From Chloroflexota bacterium (GTDB lineage Bacteria; Chloroflexota; Dehalococcoidia; SZUA-161), in contig JAJYLC010000001.1 of assembly GCA_021787935.1 (NCBI GenBank), forward strand, positions 4,598-68,597: DNA of 64,000 bases, in the 5' to 3' direction. The position numbers and the translations under genes are program-made. Below, piece by piece: positions 56,571 to 64,000 of this stretch. The notes beneath the pieces were generated by a model. The model made no database searches and was not told where the DNA came from. It worked only from the letters and a program-made list of their open reading frames with translations. The first letter of the stretch is position 1. Every line of letters starts with the position of its first letter.

Positions 56571-56632
56571 GATAGACAGAGCGCCTATCCCTTGCTACCT
56601 TACAAGACCTCATGTAGAATAGCGTGGGAGGT

Positions 56633-57505
56633 ATGATGAAGATCCGTAAGGCAGTGGTAACTGCTGCAGGCTGGGGCACCAGGTTCCTCCCTGCCACCAA
56701 GGCACAGCCCAAAGAGATGCTTCCTCTGGTGGACAAGCCCATGATCCAGTATGTGATAGAGGAAGCTGTTGCATCCGGCATAAAGGATGTCATCATCGTC
56801 ACTGCCATAGGAAAACGCGCTATCGAAGACCATTTCGATCGTTCATTTGAGTTGGAACATATCATTGAGAAGAAAGGCGATGGGCAACTTTTGCGCAAAC
56901 TGCAAAATATCTCCGAACTCGCCAATATTTGCTACATTCGTCAAAAAGAGCAGCTTGGCCTGGGACACGCTATTTTAGTCACCAAAGAACTCATCGGCGA
57001 CGAACCTTTCGCAGTCTTTCTCCCCGACGACCTCATCCAGGCAAAAGTGCCGGCAATGAAGCAGATGATTGAGGTATACAACCGTTATCAACACAGCGTA
57101 ATCGCGGTTGAGCCAGTTGCAAAAGAGGAAACCAAAGCCTACGGTATCATCAAGCCAAAGCAAGTAGAGGACAGGGTGTATCAAGTGCTGAGCCTGGTGG
57201 AAAAGCCGGAGCCCAAAGACGCCCCATCCAATCTGGCGATAGTTGGCAGATACATCCTTACACCGGAGATATTCCGTATGCTGGAGAAGACAGCCCCTGG
57301 AAAGGGCGGAGAAATTCAACTGACAGATGGCTTGAGGCTACTGCTGGAGAAACAGCCAATATACGCCTACCAGTTTGAAGGGGTACGTTACGATACGGGC
57401 ATGCCACTGGGTTTTCTGAAGGCATCCGTAGAGTTTGCCCTCAACCGACCCGATATCGGGGCTAAGTTCAGGGAATACCTGCGCCAGCTAAACCTGTGCG
57501 ACTGA
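56633..57505 (+). CDS. galU: UTP--glucose-1-phosphate uridylyltransferase
   Basis: Track ORF from GTG 56624; ATG 56633/56636 preferred. KAVVTAAGWGTRFLPATKAQPKEMLPLVDKP is the GalU signature. Confidence 0.85.
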   Translation: MMKIRKAVVTAAGWGTRFLPATKAQPKEMLPLVDKPMIQYVIEEAVASGIKDVIIVTAIGKRAIEDHFDRSFELEHIIEKKGDGQLLRKLQNISELANICYIRQKEQLGLGHAILVTKELIGDEPFAVFLPDDLIQAKVPAMKQMIEVYNRYQHSVIAVEPVAKEETKAYGIIKPKQVEDRVYQVLSLVEKPEPKDAPSNLAIVGRYILTPEIFRMLEKTAPGKGGEIQLTDGLRLLLEKQPIYAYQFEGVRYDTGMPLGFLKASVEFALNRPDIGAKFREYLRQLNLCD

Positions 57506-57732
57506 GAAATAACCTCGGGAATCCGATTGCAATCTGCAGCATTACCCACAACTAATTTCCTCATACCGTTATATGAACATTGGAGGTAGAGTGAAGGTAT
57601 ATTATTAAACGTTATGTTGACTTTCGTGAGTACGTTCCCTACGATTATTACTAGCAGTAATACCAGTACCATTGCTTGACAATCAAGCACCTTAGTTACC
57701 AGCGGTTCATTTAATTAAGGTGACTTCAAAGC

Positions 57733-58071
57733 ATGCTTACAAAAGATGTGGGACGTAAACAACTGAATCTGGTGAGCCTAACCAAGGCTCTTGCGGTCGT
57801 CTGGGTTATCCTGTCCCTGGCCGAAGCTGGTGTCACCTACATAGCCTTAAATGATGTTGCCAACATCGAAGGCAACCCATTCGCCAGATTGTTGCTATCT
57901 CACAACGCAGCACTGTTCTACGGGGCAAAACTTTTGGTTACCGCCGCTGTGGGGCTAGGGTTCTGGCGGCTCGCCGACAGGACTAAACACCTCAAGCTGA
58001 TGCTCGCTTGTCAGATACTGTTGGTCGTAATCTTTGCAGGTATCCTCGGCAACAATATTCTGCATATCTAG
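57733..58071 (+). CDS. small integral membrane protein (hypothetical)
   Basis: 112 aa, three to four predicted TM helices, conserved-looking EGNPF motif. Abuts the archaellum-like cluster. Confidence 0.4.
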   Translation: MLTKDVGRKQLNLVSLTKALAVVWVILSLAEAGVTYIALNDVANIEGNPFARLLLSHNAALFYGAKLLVTAAVGLGFWRLADRTKHLKLMLACQILLVVIFAGILGNNILHI

Positions 58072-58113
58072 GCTGAAAGCTGTCTGATAACACGGCTAAA
58101 GCATCCCCAAGGG

Positions 58114-58770
58114 CTATTCAGGGCGTTCCTTTTTTATCTTCTTGGCAATCTGAGCGATCTGTTTACTTTCCTCCAGCAGCGAATACACGCTCGTGTCACT
58201 CAGCTCTTTAGATAGAGTACTGGTTGTTTCCAAGGTAAGCTCCTCGCTTCTGAATATGTCCAGCACACTTTCAATTTTCTCATCCCCTGGAGGGCTATCT
58301 GCGGATGGCTTATCAGCCGCTTCAATCTTCTGGCTGCCCGACTCAAGTACCGGGGGCACCACTTCAGTTCCCGATGGAACTCCACTTGCCTCACCTTCAA
58401 CCTGACTGACTTCCTCCTTTTCACTATCGTGAAGCATGGTTACAGGAGTCTCTACCTTTGAATCAGGGTGAATCGGGTTTTCCAACTGGCCCCCCGCTGT
58501 CTGAACTGCTGCTTCAACTTTTTCTGCGCCGACCACACGCTCGTTGTTAGCCTCGATAGGCGGGGCGACACCTTGCGATGGCACACTGGCTGCATTGGGT
58601 GCATCGCTCACTTCATCCTCAGACTGATTGGTTGCCAGCTTCTTGCTCTCAAGGAATTCCCCTACCGGATCATGTTCCAGAGGAAGCTCCCCTTCATCCC
58701 CTTTGACCGACCCCGTAAGGGGACTTAATGGTCGTTTCACTACTGACTGAATCCATTGGATGATGTTCAT
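58114..58770 (-). CDS. acidic low-complexity protein (hypothetical, last gene of fla-like operon)
   Basis: 218 aa, rich in E/D/S/P/V with a predicted disordered middle. Immediately downstream of the flaJ-like gene on the same strand. Confidence 0.4.
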   Translation of the reverse strand: MNIIQWIQSVVKRPLSPLTGSVKGDEGELPLEHDPVGEFLESKKLATNQSEDEVSDAPNAASVPSQGVAPPIEANNERVVGAEKVEAAVQTAGGQLENPIHPDSKVETPVTMLHDSEKEEVSQVEGEASGVPSGTEVVPPVLESGSQKIEAADKPSADSPPGDEKIESVLDIFRSEELTLETTSTLSKELSDTSVYSLLEESKQIAQIAKKIKKERPE

Positions 58771-58790
58771 AAATGTCCTCCCCAGATCGA

Positions 58791-60305
58791 CTAAGACATC
58801 TTGGGTATCGAAGAGAATATCTTCTCTGCCATTATGGGCACAAAAACCAGCATTGCGCCTGATACGCCCAGAGTCACCGCAAGGTAGTTGTAAAGTTTAT
58901 ACTTGTTGCCGCCATCAGCCGCCTTGATAGCGAAGGCGTTGGCACCGGCCAGAGCTAAAATGACTGGTACCACCAGAGTGCCCAGCATGTGAACGTTCTT
59001 GAAGCTGAAACTGAATATTTGAACTGTGCTCATGGGAGCACTTGCCACCGCTTGGTTATAAACCCCCTCCACTGTTTTGGAAAAGATATTAATCACCTGT
59101 GTCACGAACAACAGCAGAGCCACAAGGGCAACGTGCATGCCCAGCACCAGTATCACGAATGAAGACGATACCTGCGCCCTCTTGGCACGAAGGAAGTCCA
59201 GGCTCATCGCTATTATAGAAGAACGATTCCCCACCTCCTCAGGATCGCCTCCCAGCCTGGTGGCATCGTTAAACATCTTCACGCTTCGGTATATCGTTTC
59301 ACTGCCTGTCTCCAGAGAAAAACGCTGCCAGCAGAGCTCCGGCTTAAGTCTGGAAATCAACCTGGAGCGAAGGCGTTTCACATCGTTAGCCAAGTTTGCT
59401 GTCGATCTCAGGTCTAACCTATCCAGAGCGTTGGACACGGTAACCCCAATCGCCGATGCCACGTTCCCCAGCGACCTGAGAAAAGTGCTGATGTCAGAAT
59501 CTTTCTTGGTCACCTGCCGGTCGAAAATTGTGCCTGCTATACCTATAGGAAGCAGCAGCGCACCTGCTACCATTAGCGCCCACCCCAGACCAACGCCTGC
59601 CATCATAAATACAGCAAAAGCTGCTATGGAAACCGGAATCAATATCCTGGCTAAATGTTGAGCGCGACTGTGGGCGGCGCAATTCAAGACTTGAGGGTGT
59701 ACCCTGATCTCTTTAGGCGATACCCTATATATTGCCCAAGCCCCCAGTATTGAAATAACGATGGTAACTCCTACTAGCGACACTGCGATCCAGGTTGCCA
59801 CGGGGTATATAAGCATGGAGATAGCAGCTACCATAACAATCAGGGCAGCAGACACGATGAGAGCCCCATATGCTTCCGTCCACTTTTTCAGCGATTCCAC
59901 CCCGCGCTCGTATTCATTCTTAAAGGCTTCTGCCTGAATCTGCGCTTCCTGAGCCAGGAATTCTGACTCAGGCTCTCCCGAACCCAGCGAACTGGAAAGG
60001 CGCAATAGCAGGCCTTTAACCGACTCCTCCTTGGCCGATTCTCCGACGATGCGGCAAGCCACGGCATAGTCATATCGCATCTTCTTTGCCAGAAGATGAA
60101 TCTCAGCAAAATAATGCGATGAGGCGCAGGGGAGTTGAGAGGCGAACTCGAATATCTGACTGCGCGGTATCCCTGCTGCAGCAATAGATGACATATACGC
60201 CAGTTGGTAAAACAGGTCGTAACTCAGGTAATCGCTGTTACCACTGCTTTTATTGTTAGAAAAGTCTTTCTTGCTGCGCTCTGGCAAGAACTTTGAGAAG
60301 TTCAT
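58791..60305 (-). CDS. flaJ: archaellum/type IV pilus assembly membrane protein (FlaJ/TadC, GspF-like)
   Basis: 504 aa polytopic membrane protein with a cytoplasmic N-domain. Size and position after the FlaI-like ATPase match FlaJ; 50-nt overlap with the upstream gene. Confidence 0.6.
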   Translation of the reverse strand: MNFSKFLPERSKKDFSNNKSSGNSDYLSYDLFYQLAYMSSIAAAGIPRSQIFEFASQLPCASSHYFAEIHLLAKKMRYDYAVACRIVGESAKEESVKGLLLRLSSSLGSGEPESEFLAQEAQIQAEAFKNEYERGVESLKKWTEAYGALIVSAALIVMVAAISMLIYPVATWIAVSLVGVTIVISILGAWAIYRVSPKEIRVHPQVLNCAAHSRAQHLARILIPVSIAAFAVFMMAGVGLGWALMVAGALLLPIGIAGTIFDRQVTKKDSDISTFLRSLGNVASAIGVTVSNALDRLDLRSTANLANDVKRLRSRLISRLKPELCWQRFSLETGSETIYRSVKMFNDATRLGGDPEEVGNRSSIIAMSLDFLRAKRAQVSSSFVILVLGMHVALVALLLFVTQVINIFSKTVEGVYNQAVASAPMSTVQIFSFSFKNVHMLGTLVVPVILALAGANAFAIKAADGGNKYKLYNYLAVTLGVSGAMLVFVPIMAEKIFSSIPKMS

Positions 60306-62013
60306 AGAAGTCGCGCACTCCCTTTTCTTTATGTAGTTTTTCCAGAATCCTCGCCCTCCGCTCCACTAAGGAGTATATCTGCATCTTCTTGTCGGGGGGG
60401 ATGCCACGCTTTAGGGCAATCTTGTCCTCGAGGAGGTAGCTATTTCTTTTGCCCACAAAATCAAAGGTATCGGTCACCGGGCTCCAACGAAATACCTCTA
60501 CATAGGAGAAGGTATTTGTAACCGGGTCATAGCCGACTATCTCGCTGATGCTTGTGGCGCGGCGCCCTATTTTCCCGCTGGGCAGTTTTACCGCATTCTG
60601 ACAGACTACAACGTTCAAGTTATCTATATAGGTCTTGGGTACGTTGATCGGATTCCCCGTGAGACGTTGAATTAACTTCTCCACATTAGCTGCGTGGAAA
60701 GTGCTCATCACTTCATGGCCTGTCTGCATCGCTCCAAAGGCAATGTTCCCTTCCTCTCCTCTGATTTCACCCACGATTATTACATTAGGACGCTGTCTCA
60801 AGGCAGCCTTCAACAGGTCAAACATACTTACGCTGGCCCCTTTGTCTCCCTGTCCCGGTGCTCGAGATACCTCTCGAAGCCAGTTGGCATGGGGCACCTG
60901 AAGCTCGGGGGTATCTTCGATGCTCACTATTTTGTGGCTCATCGGGATGAAGGTAGTTACAGCGTTGAGCAATGTAGTCTTGCCTGATGCTGTTTCGCCG
61001 ACGACAAACAGATTCATGCCATCTTCTATCACCACAGAAAGGTAGGCTGCCATTTCGTAGCTCACGCTTCCAAACTCGATAAGCTCAATGATACTGAGCG
61101 GAGTCTCACTGAACTTTCTGATGGTGAAATTGCTGCCGCGTCGCGAGACCTCCCTGCCAAAGACTATGTTTATGCGTGACCCATCCGGCAAGGTGGCATC
61201 TACTATCGGATTGCGCAATGTTACAGGCCTCTTTATCTGCTCGGAAAGGCGCAGCACGAAATCGTCCAGGTCCTCATGAGTTTCGAAGGTTATGGCCGAT
61301 TTAACGCCCTTGAAAATCTTGTGCTCCAGAAATATGGCCCCCAGCCCGCTGCAACTGATGTCCTCTATATATGTATCCTTAATCATCACGTCAATGATGC
61401 CCATTCCCACCTTGTCTCGGACGATAAGGTACTTCAGGGCTTCGAGTTGTTCTGGAGTGACCTGCACCTTAGCTTTAGTAGCAACCTTGCTCCCGTTGCC
61501 ACCATTGCCCTTGCCATCTTTAGTATTAGAAGAAGGTGCAGCAGAGCTGCTTCGGTGCACTATACACACGACATCAATCAGTTTCAGGATGGCTTCTTTT
61601 CTCTCCGCCTCGGACTCCGCCTGGCTCATTCCACCGGCTACATCGACCAGTTTGCCCTCCACCGCTGGCAATACCTGGCTTATCTCCTGAGTTAGACTTG
61701 GCTCTATCGGGATATAAACAGGCCTGCTGCTGCCGGGCTCGGAATAAACATGAACATAGATATTGTCCGATACCCGATAAATGAGGTTTTTTTGCGGCAG
61801 GTCGCCCTGTGCCCGCGTGATCTTGGTATAGTATTCCGGCACGCCGATCTCACTGACAGGAATCATGCGCAGGTAGTCCAGAAGATGCTTATCCTGCTTA
61901 CAAGCCTCCTGCAGCTCCTCGGGCAGCAACTGCAAGAGGTCTCCCTCAGACATGCTGTTCTGGGGAGACCCTGCCTCGCCCTGTCCGCTAAAGGGCAAAA
62001 TTATCTTGGGCAT
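60256..62013 (-). CDS. flaI: archaellum/type IV pilus assembly ATPase (FlaI / VirB11-TadA superfamily)
   Basis: 585 aa; Walker A GETASGKTT, T2SS-E family motifs (…SIEDTPEL…), long N-terminal domain typical of FlaI. Confidence 0.7.
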   Translation of the reverse strand: MPKIILPFSGQGEAGSPQNSMSEGDLLQLLPEELQEACKQDKHLLDYLRMIPVSEIGVPEYYTKITRAQGDLPQKNLIYRVSDNIYVHVYSEPGSSRPVYIPIEPSLTQEISQVLPAVEGKLVDVAGGMSQAESEAERKEAILKLIDVVCIVHRSSSAAPSSNTKDGKGNGGNGSKVATKAKVQVTPEQLEALKYLIVRDKVGMGIIDVMIKDTYIEDISCSGLGAIFLEHKIFKGVKSAITFETHEDLDDFVLRLSEQIKRPVTLRNPIVDATLPDGSRINIVFGREVSRRGSNFTIRKFSETPLSIIELIEFGSVSYEMAAYLSVVIEDGMNLFVVGETASGKTTLLNAVTTFIPMSHKIVSIEDTPELQVPHANWLREVSRAPGQGDKGASVSMFDLLKAALRQRPNVIIVGEIRGEEGNIAFGAMQTGHEVMSTFHAANVEKLIQRLTGNPINVPKTYIDNLNVVVCQNAVKLPSGKIGRRATSISEIVGYDPVTNTFSYVEVFRWSPVTDTFDFVGKRNSYLLEDKIALKRGIPPDKKMQIYSLVERRARILEKLHKEKGVRDFYELLKVLARAQQERLF

Positions 62014-62021
62014 AGCAACCC

Positions 62022-62750
62022 CTAAGCCTTGGCCTTAGAATATGGTATCACTCTGATACCCCAGTTAGGTTCGACATCAAAAGAGATGATATTGCCTGTG
62101 TTGAGGTCGGCGCCCCGCACCTTGGCCACTTCCAGAATTTTTATCATCTTGCTTCCCATGGTTTCTATACGCAATCTCAAGTGAGCGTCACACATCGACC
62201 CCAGCCTGACCATGGCGGTTTCATCGAAGGCATACGAGTGCGCTACGCAGACAATACCCATCCCCTTGGCGGAAAGCCTCTTACAGTCTTCGAAGAAGGA
62301 TAGCACTTCCTCCATGGAAGCATGGGTCACGTAGTAGGTAATGGAATCGATTATCGCCATATCGACGCCCTTATTGGCATAACTTTCGAGCATGGGCAAT
62401 AGACCTGTGCCCAGGCTGCGCCTCGTTTTCTTGGTGTCTATAGGGTAGACCCACAATCGGGAAAGCAGGAGATAGTCCATGATATCCAAATTCAAGCTCT
62501 GCATCTGACTCACCAGACTCTTCACCGTGTTCTCGGTGGTAAAGACCACAGCACTGCACCCCTTTTTCAGAGAGCCCCAGACCATTTGCTGGGTGAGCAC
62601 CGATTTGCCTGAATCGGGCTGGCCCTCAACAAGGCTGAGCGACCTTAGCGGTATCCCGCCGCCTATCTTCTTGTCCAACTCATCATTCCCTGTGGAGATT
62701 ATTCTAGGATCATTCTCCGAACCTGTCCTCATTGGAATCCTCCTAACCAC
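62022..62750 (-). CDS. flaH: KaiC/RecA-like ATPase, FlaH-like
   Basis: 242 aa; ISTGNDELDKKIGGGIPLRSLSLVEGQPDSGKSVL is a close match to the FlaH N-terminus; KaiC-like fold. Confidence 0.7.
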   Translation of the reverse strand: MVRRIPMRTGSENDPRIISTGNDELDKKIGGGIPLRSLSLVEGQPDSGKSVLTQQMVWGSLKKGCSAVVFTTENTVKSLVSQMQSLNLDIMDYLLLSRLWVYPIDTKKTRRSLGTGLLPMLESYANKGVDMAIIDSITYYVTHASMEEVLSFFEDCKRLSAKGMGIVCVAHSYAFDETAMVRLGSMCDAHLRLRIETMGSKMIKILEVAKVRGADLNTGNIISFDVEPNWGIRVIPYSKAKA

Positions 62751-63276
62751 TAAATTGTGCTGAAGTCGCCACTCCGTTGTCGGTGGATACAGTCACGAAG
62801 TTAGTAGTACCCATACCTGGCAGCGGAGCAAGGCTCAACCTCATTAACATCACCTCACCCGGGTCCAGTATGCCGGGCTCGAAAATCTCTTTTTGTGTCA
62901 GACTCGCGTCTGTATATATGCCAACGATAGTCCACTGGCCACTAGCTGGGCTTGGGTTTTCAGTATACGTTAGATCGCTGATATGATAGCCATTGCTCGC
63001 ATCATAGTACTGCACCAGCACATCCCACTTATCAAATTGGGCCAGGTGCACCTCACCGCTATTAAGAACAGATATTTGAACAAAGCCCCCTTGCATTTGG
63101 GCACCGACAATCTTGATATCAGTCCTCGACACATCCTGTGTTACCTGTGTCGTCTGCTTCAAAGCTTGAGAGACAGAGTCAAATGAAGTGTAAGCGGTCT
63201 GTGACCAGGTCAAAACCGCCGTCAGCATTAACGCTATAACAACCAGTGCCACAATTGCATTGCTCATAGTAATCAC
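62743..63276 (-). CDS. FlaF-like protein (N-terminal TM helix + beta-rich domain)
   Basis: 177 aa; single N-terminal hydrophobic helix then a beta-rich domain. Position (G-F-H-I-J order) as in archaeal fla operons. Confidence 0.4.
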   Translation of the reverse strand: MITMSNAIVALVVIALMLTAVLTWSQTAYTSFDSVSQALKQTTQVTQDVSRTDIKIVGAQMQGGFVQISVLNSGEVHLAQFDKWDVLVQYYDASNGYHISDLTYTENPSPASGQWTIVGIYTDASLTQKEIFEPGILDPGEVMLMRLSLAPLPGMGTTNFVTVSTDNGVATSAQFSG

Positions 63277-63788
63277 ATACTGAAATCGTATTCATCAGAC
63301 ACACCATTAGGGATCATGACCTTGACATTGTATAGTCCTGACGGAAGAGGACTGTTATAGCTTATCTCAATCATCAAGGTATTTGCTATGCCCCATTCAG
63401 TGCTATTACCCAACACATAGCTCCAGCGTGGAAATGTGCTCCCTGCGTAATCAACGTAGGGTATCCACGTCCAGATAGTGTTGTTGCCAGCCAGAAAGAC
63501 ATCACAATGTTTAATGTCATCCACAGGTACCGTGCCTATATTCTTTACCCACACAAACACATCGAAGTAGCCATTGGAATTCGTATCCTGCCAGTTTCCA
63601 TTCTTATCCAGCTCACCGGTAGCATTGATAATCTTGATCTGGCTTTTTATACGTTCGTTCATACTGGCAGAAACGCTGCTCAGTGCCCCGCTGGAACTAG
63701 TAATAGCCGGATATACAGCGTTGATTACCAGAACAACACATACCACTGCTGCAACCACCAATAATATGGTGCTTAGCACTTTATCCAT
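63273..63788 (-). CDS. FlaG-like protein (N-terminal TM helix + beta-rich domain)
   Basis: 171 aa; MDKVLSTILLVVAAVVCVVLV helix then beta-rich domain. GAAGGAG RBS upstream of the ATG at 63788. Confidence 0.4.
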   Translation of the reverse strand: MDKVLSTILLVVAAVVCVVLVINAVYPAITSSSGALSSVSASMNERIKSQIKIINATGELDKNGNWQDTNSNGYFDVFVWVKNIGTVPVDDIKHCDVFLAGNNTIWTWIPYVDYAGSTFPRWSYVLGNSTEWGIANTLMIEISYNSPLPSGLYNVKVMIPNGVSDEYDFSM

Positions 63789-63790
63789 GG

Positions 63791-64000
63791 CTAGCCGCTC
63801 CTTCTATTTTTCTGCCCCTTATCGAGAAGCATTGACAGGACAACTGACTCAAGCGCCCCCGTGTGGTAGCGCAGAAGGCTATCGAGTTCTATCAGCAGTT
63901 GCATACTTGCCGTCGCCGGTAAATTTTCACCTTCTTCAGTATGACTGCCATTGTCATAGAGGTCTGCCAGCAATAGGATAACCTGCTTCAGCCGGGGCGG
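63791..64000 (-). CDS. 3' end of an upstream minus-strand gene running off the window (unknown product)
   Basis: Reading frame of ORF 63791-63973 stays open to the window end (…PPRLKQVILLLADLYDNGSHTEEGENL…KGQKNRRSG*). Would lie upstream of the FlaG-like gene. Confidence 0.3.
   Translation of the reverse strand, partial: PPRLKQVILLLADLYDNGSHTEEGENLPATASMQLLIELDSLLRYHTGALESVVLSMLLDKGQKNRRSG

Noticed and set aside
59077-59661. 194-aa plus-strand ORF
   Set aside because: Antisense to the FlaJ-like membrane protein gene; no motifs.
61276-61695. 139-aa and 132-aa plus-strand ORFs
   Set aside because: Antisense to the FlaI-like ATPase gene, which has Walker motifs.
1-64000. CRISPR arrays, rRNA genes, IS elements
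   Set aside because: No regularly spaced direct repeats with unique spacers, no rRNA-like conserved stretches and no transposase-like ORFs were seen on either strand. The only exact long repeat is the 44-bp tRNA-Cys duplication.

Overview
The 64 kb window looks like bacterial chromosomal DNA and is densely coding. The gene content resembles Chloroflexota/Dehalococcoidia-like anaerobes: two-subunit pyruvate carboxylase PycA/PycB, archaeal-type cofactor-independent phosphoglycerate mutase, LL-diaminopimelate aminotransferase and archaellum-type genes. Taxonomy cannot be established from sequence alone. The layout, in order along the window, is: (1) an acyl-CoA metabolism / beta-oxidation-like supercluster at 1-17.9 kb. 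It encodes two ADP-forming acyl-CoA synthetase alpha-like paralogs, a family III CoA-transferase, DUF362, two differently organised split B12-dependent acyl-CoA mutase pairs, crotonase, a fused family I CoA-transferase, 2-hydroxyacid dehydrogenase, acyl-CoA ligase, acyl-CoA dehydrogenase, thiolase and 3-hydroxyacyl-CoA dehydrogenase. (2) A tRNA operon (Trp-Leu-Gly-Cys) with a near-consensus promoter. (3) Directly after tRNA-Cys, a ~4.4 kb islet bounded by an exact 44-bp duplication of the tRNA-Cys 3' half. It carries a NUDIX hydrolase and three paralogous multi-zinc-ribbon proteins. Two of them have transmembrane segments, a coiled coil and a C-terminal transglutaminase-like Cys-His-Asp domain. 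No integrase is present. (4) A MarR-ABC exporter operon, small zinc-ribbon/DUF4389 membrane proteins, tRNA-Leu(TAA), rubrerythrin, cupin and a GreA-like factor with an N-terminal extension. (5) A minus-strand purine operon (purC, purB, purE, purD, guaA) with pycA/pycB embedded. (6) An AT-rich islet with an HExxH protein and a DUF3795 protein. (7) A plus-strand housekeeping run: tsaC, rpiB, dxs, polyprenyl synthase, a CooC-like ATPase, pgk, apgM, tpiA, miaA, a PPOX-like protein, dapF, a stand-alone proteasome-like Ntn hydrolase, an AT-rich ORFan, dapL, hflX and galU. (8) An archaellum-type FlaG/FlaF/FlaH/FlaI/FlaJ-like cluster at the 3' end. No CRISPR array, rRNA gene or recognisable transposase/integrase was seen. 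Many long ORFs in the six-frame track lie antisense to clear genes and were treated as spurious. The track uses ATG/GTG/TTG starts, so several listed starts are probably upstream of the true initiation codons.
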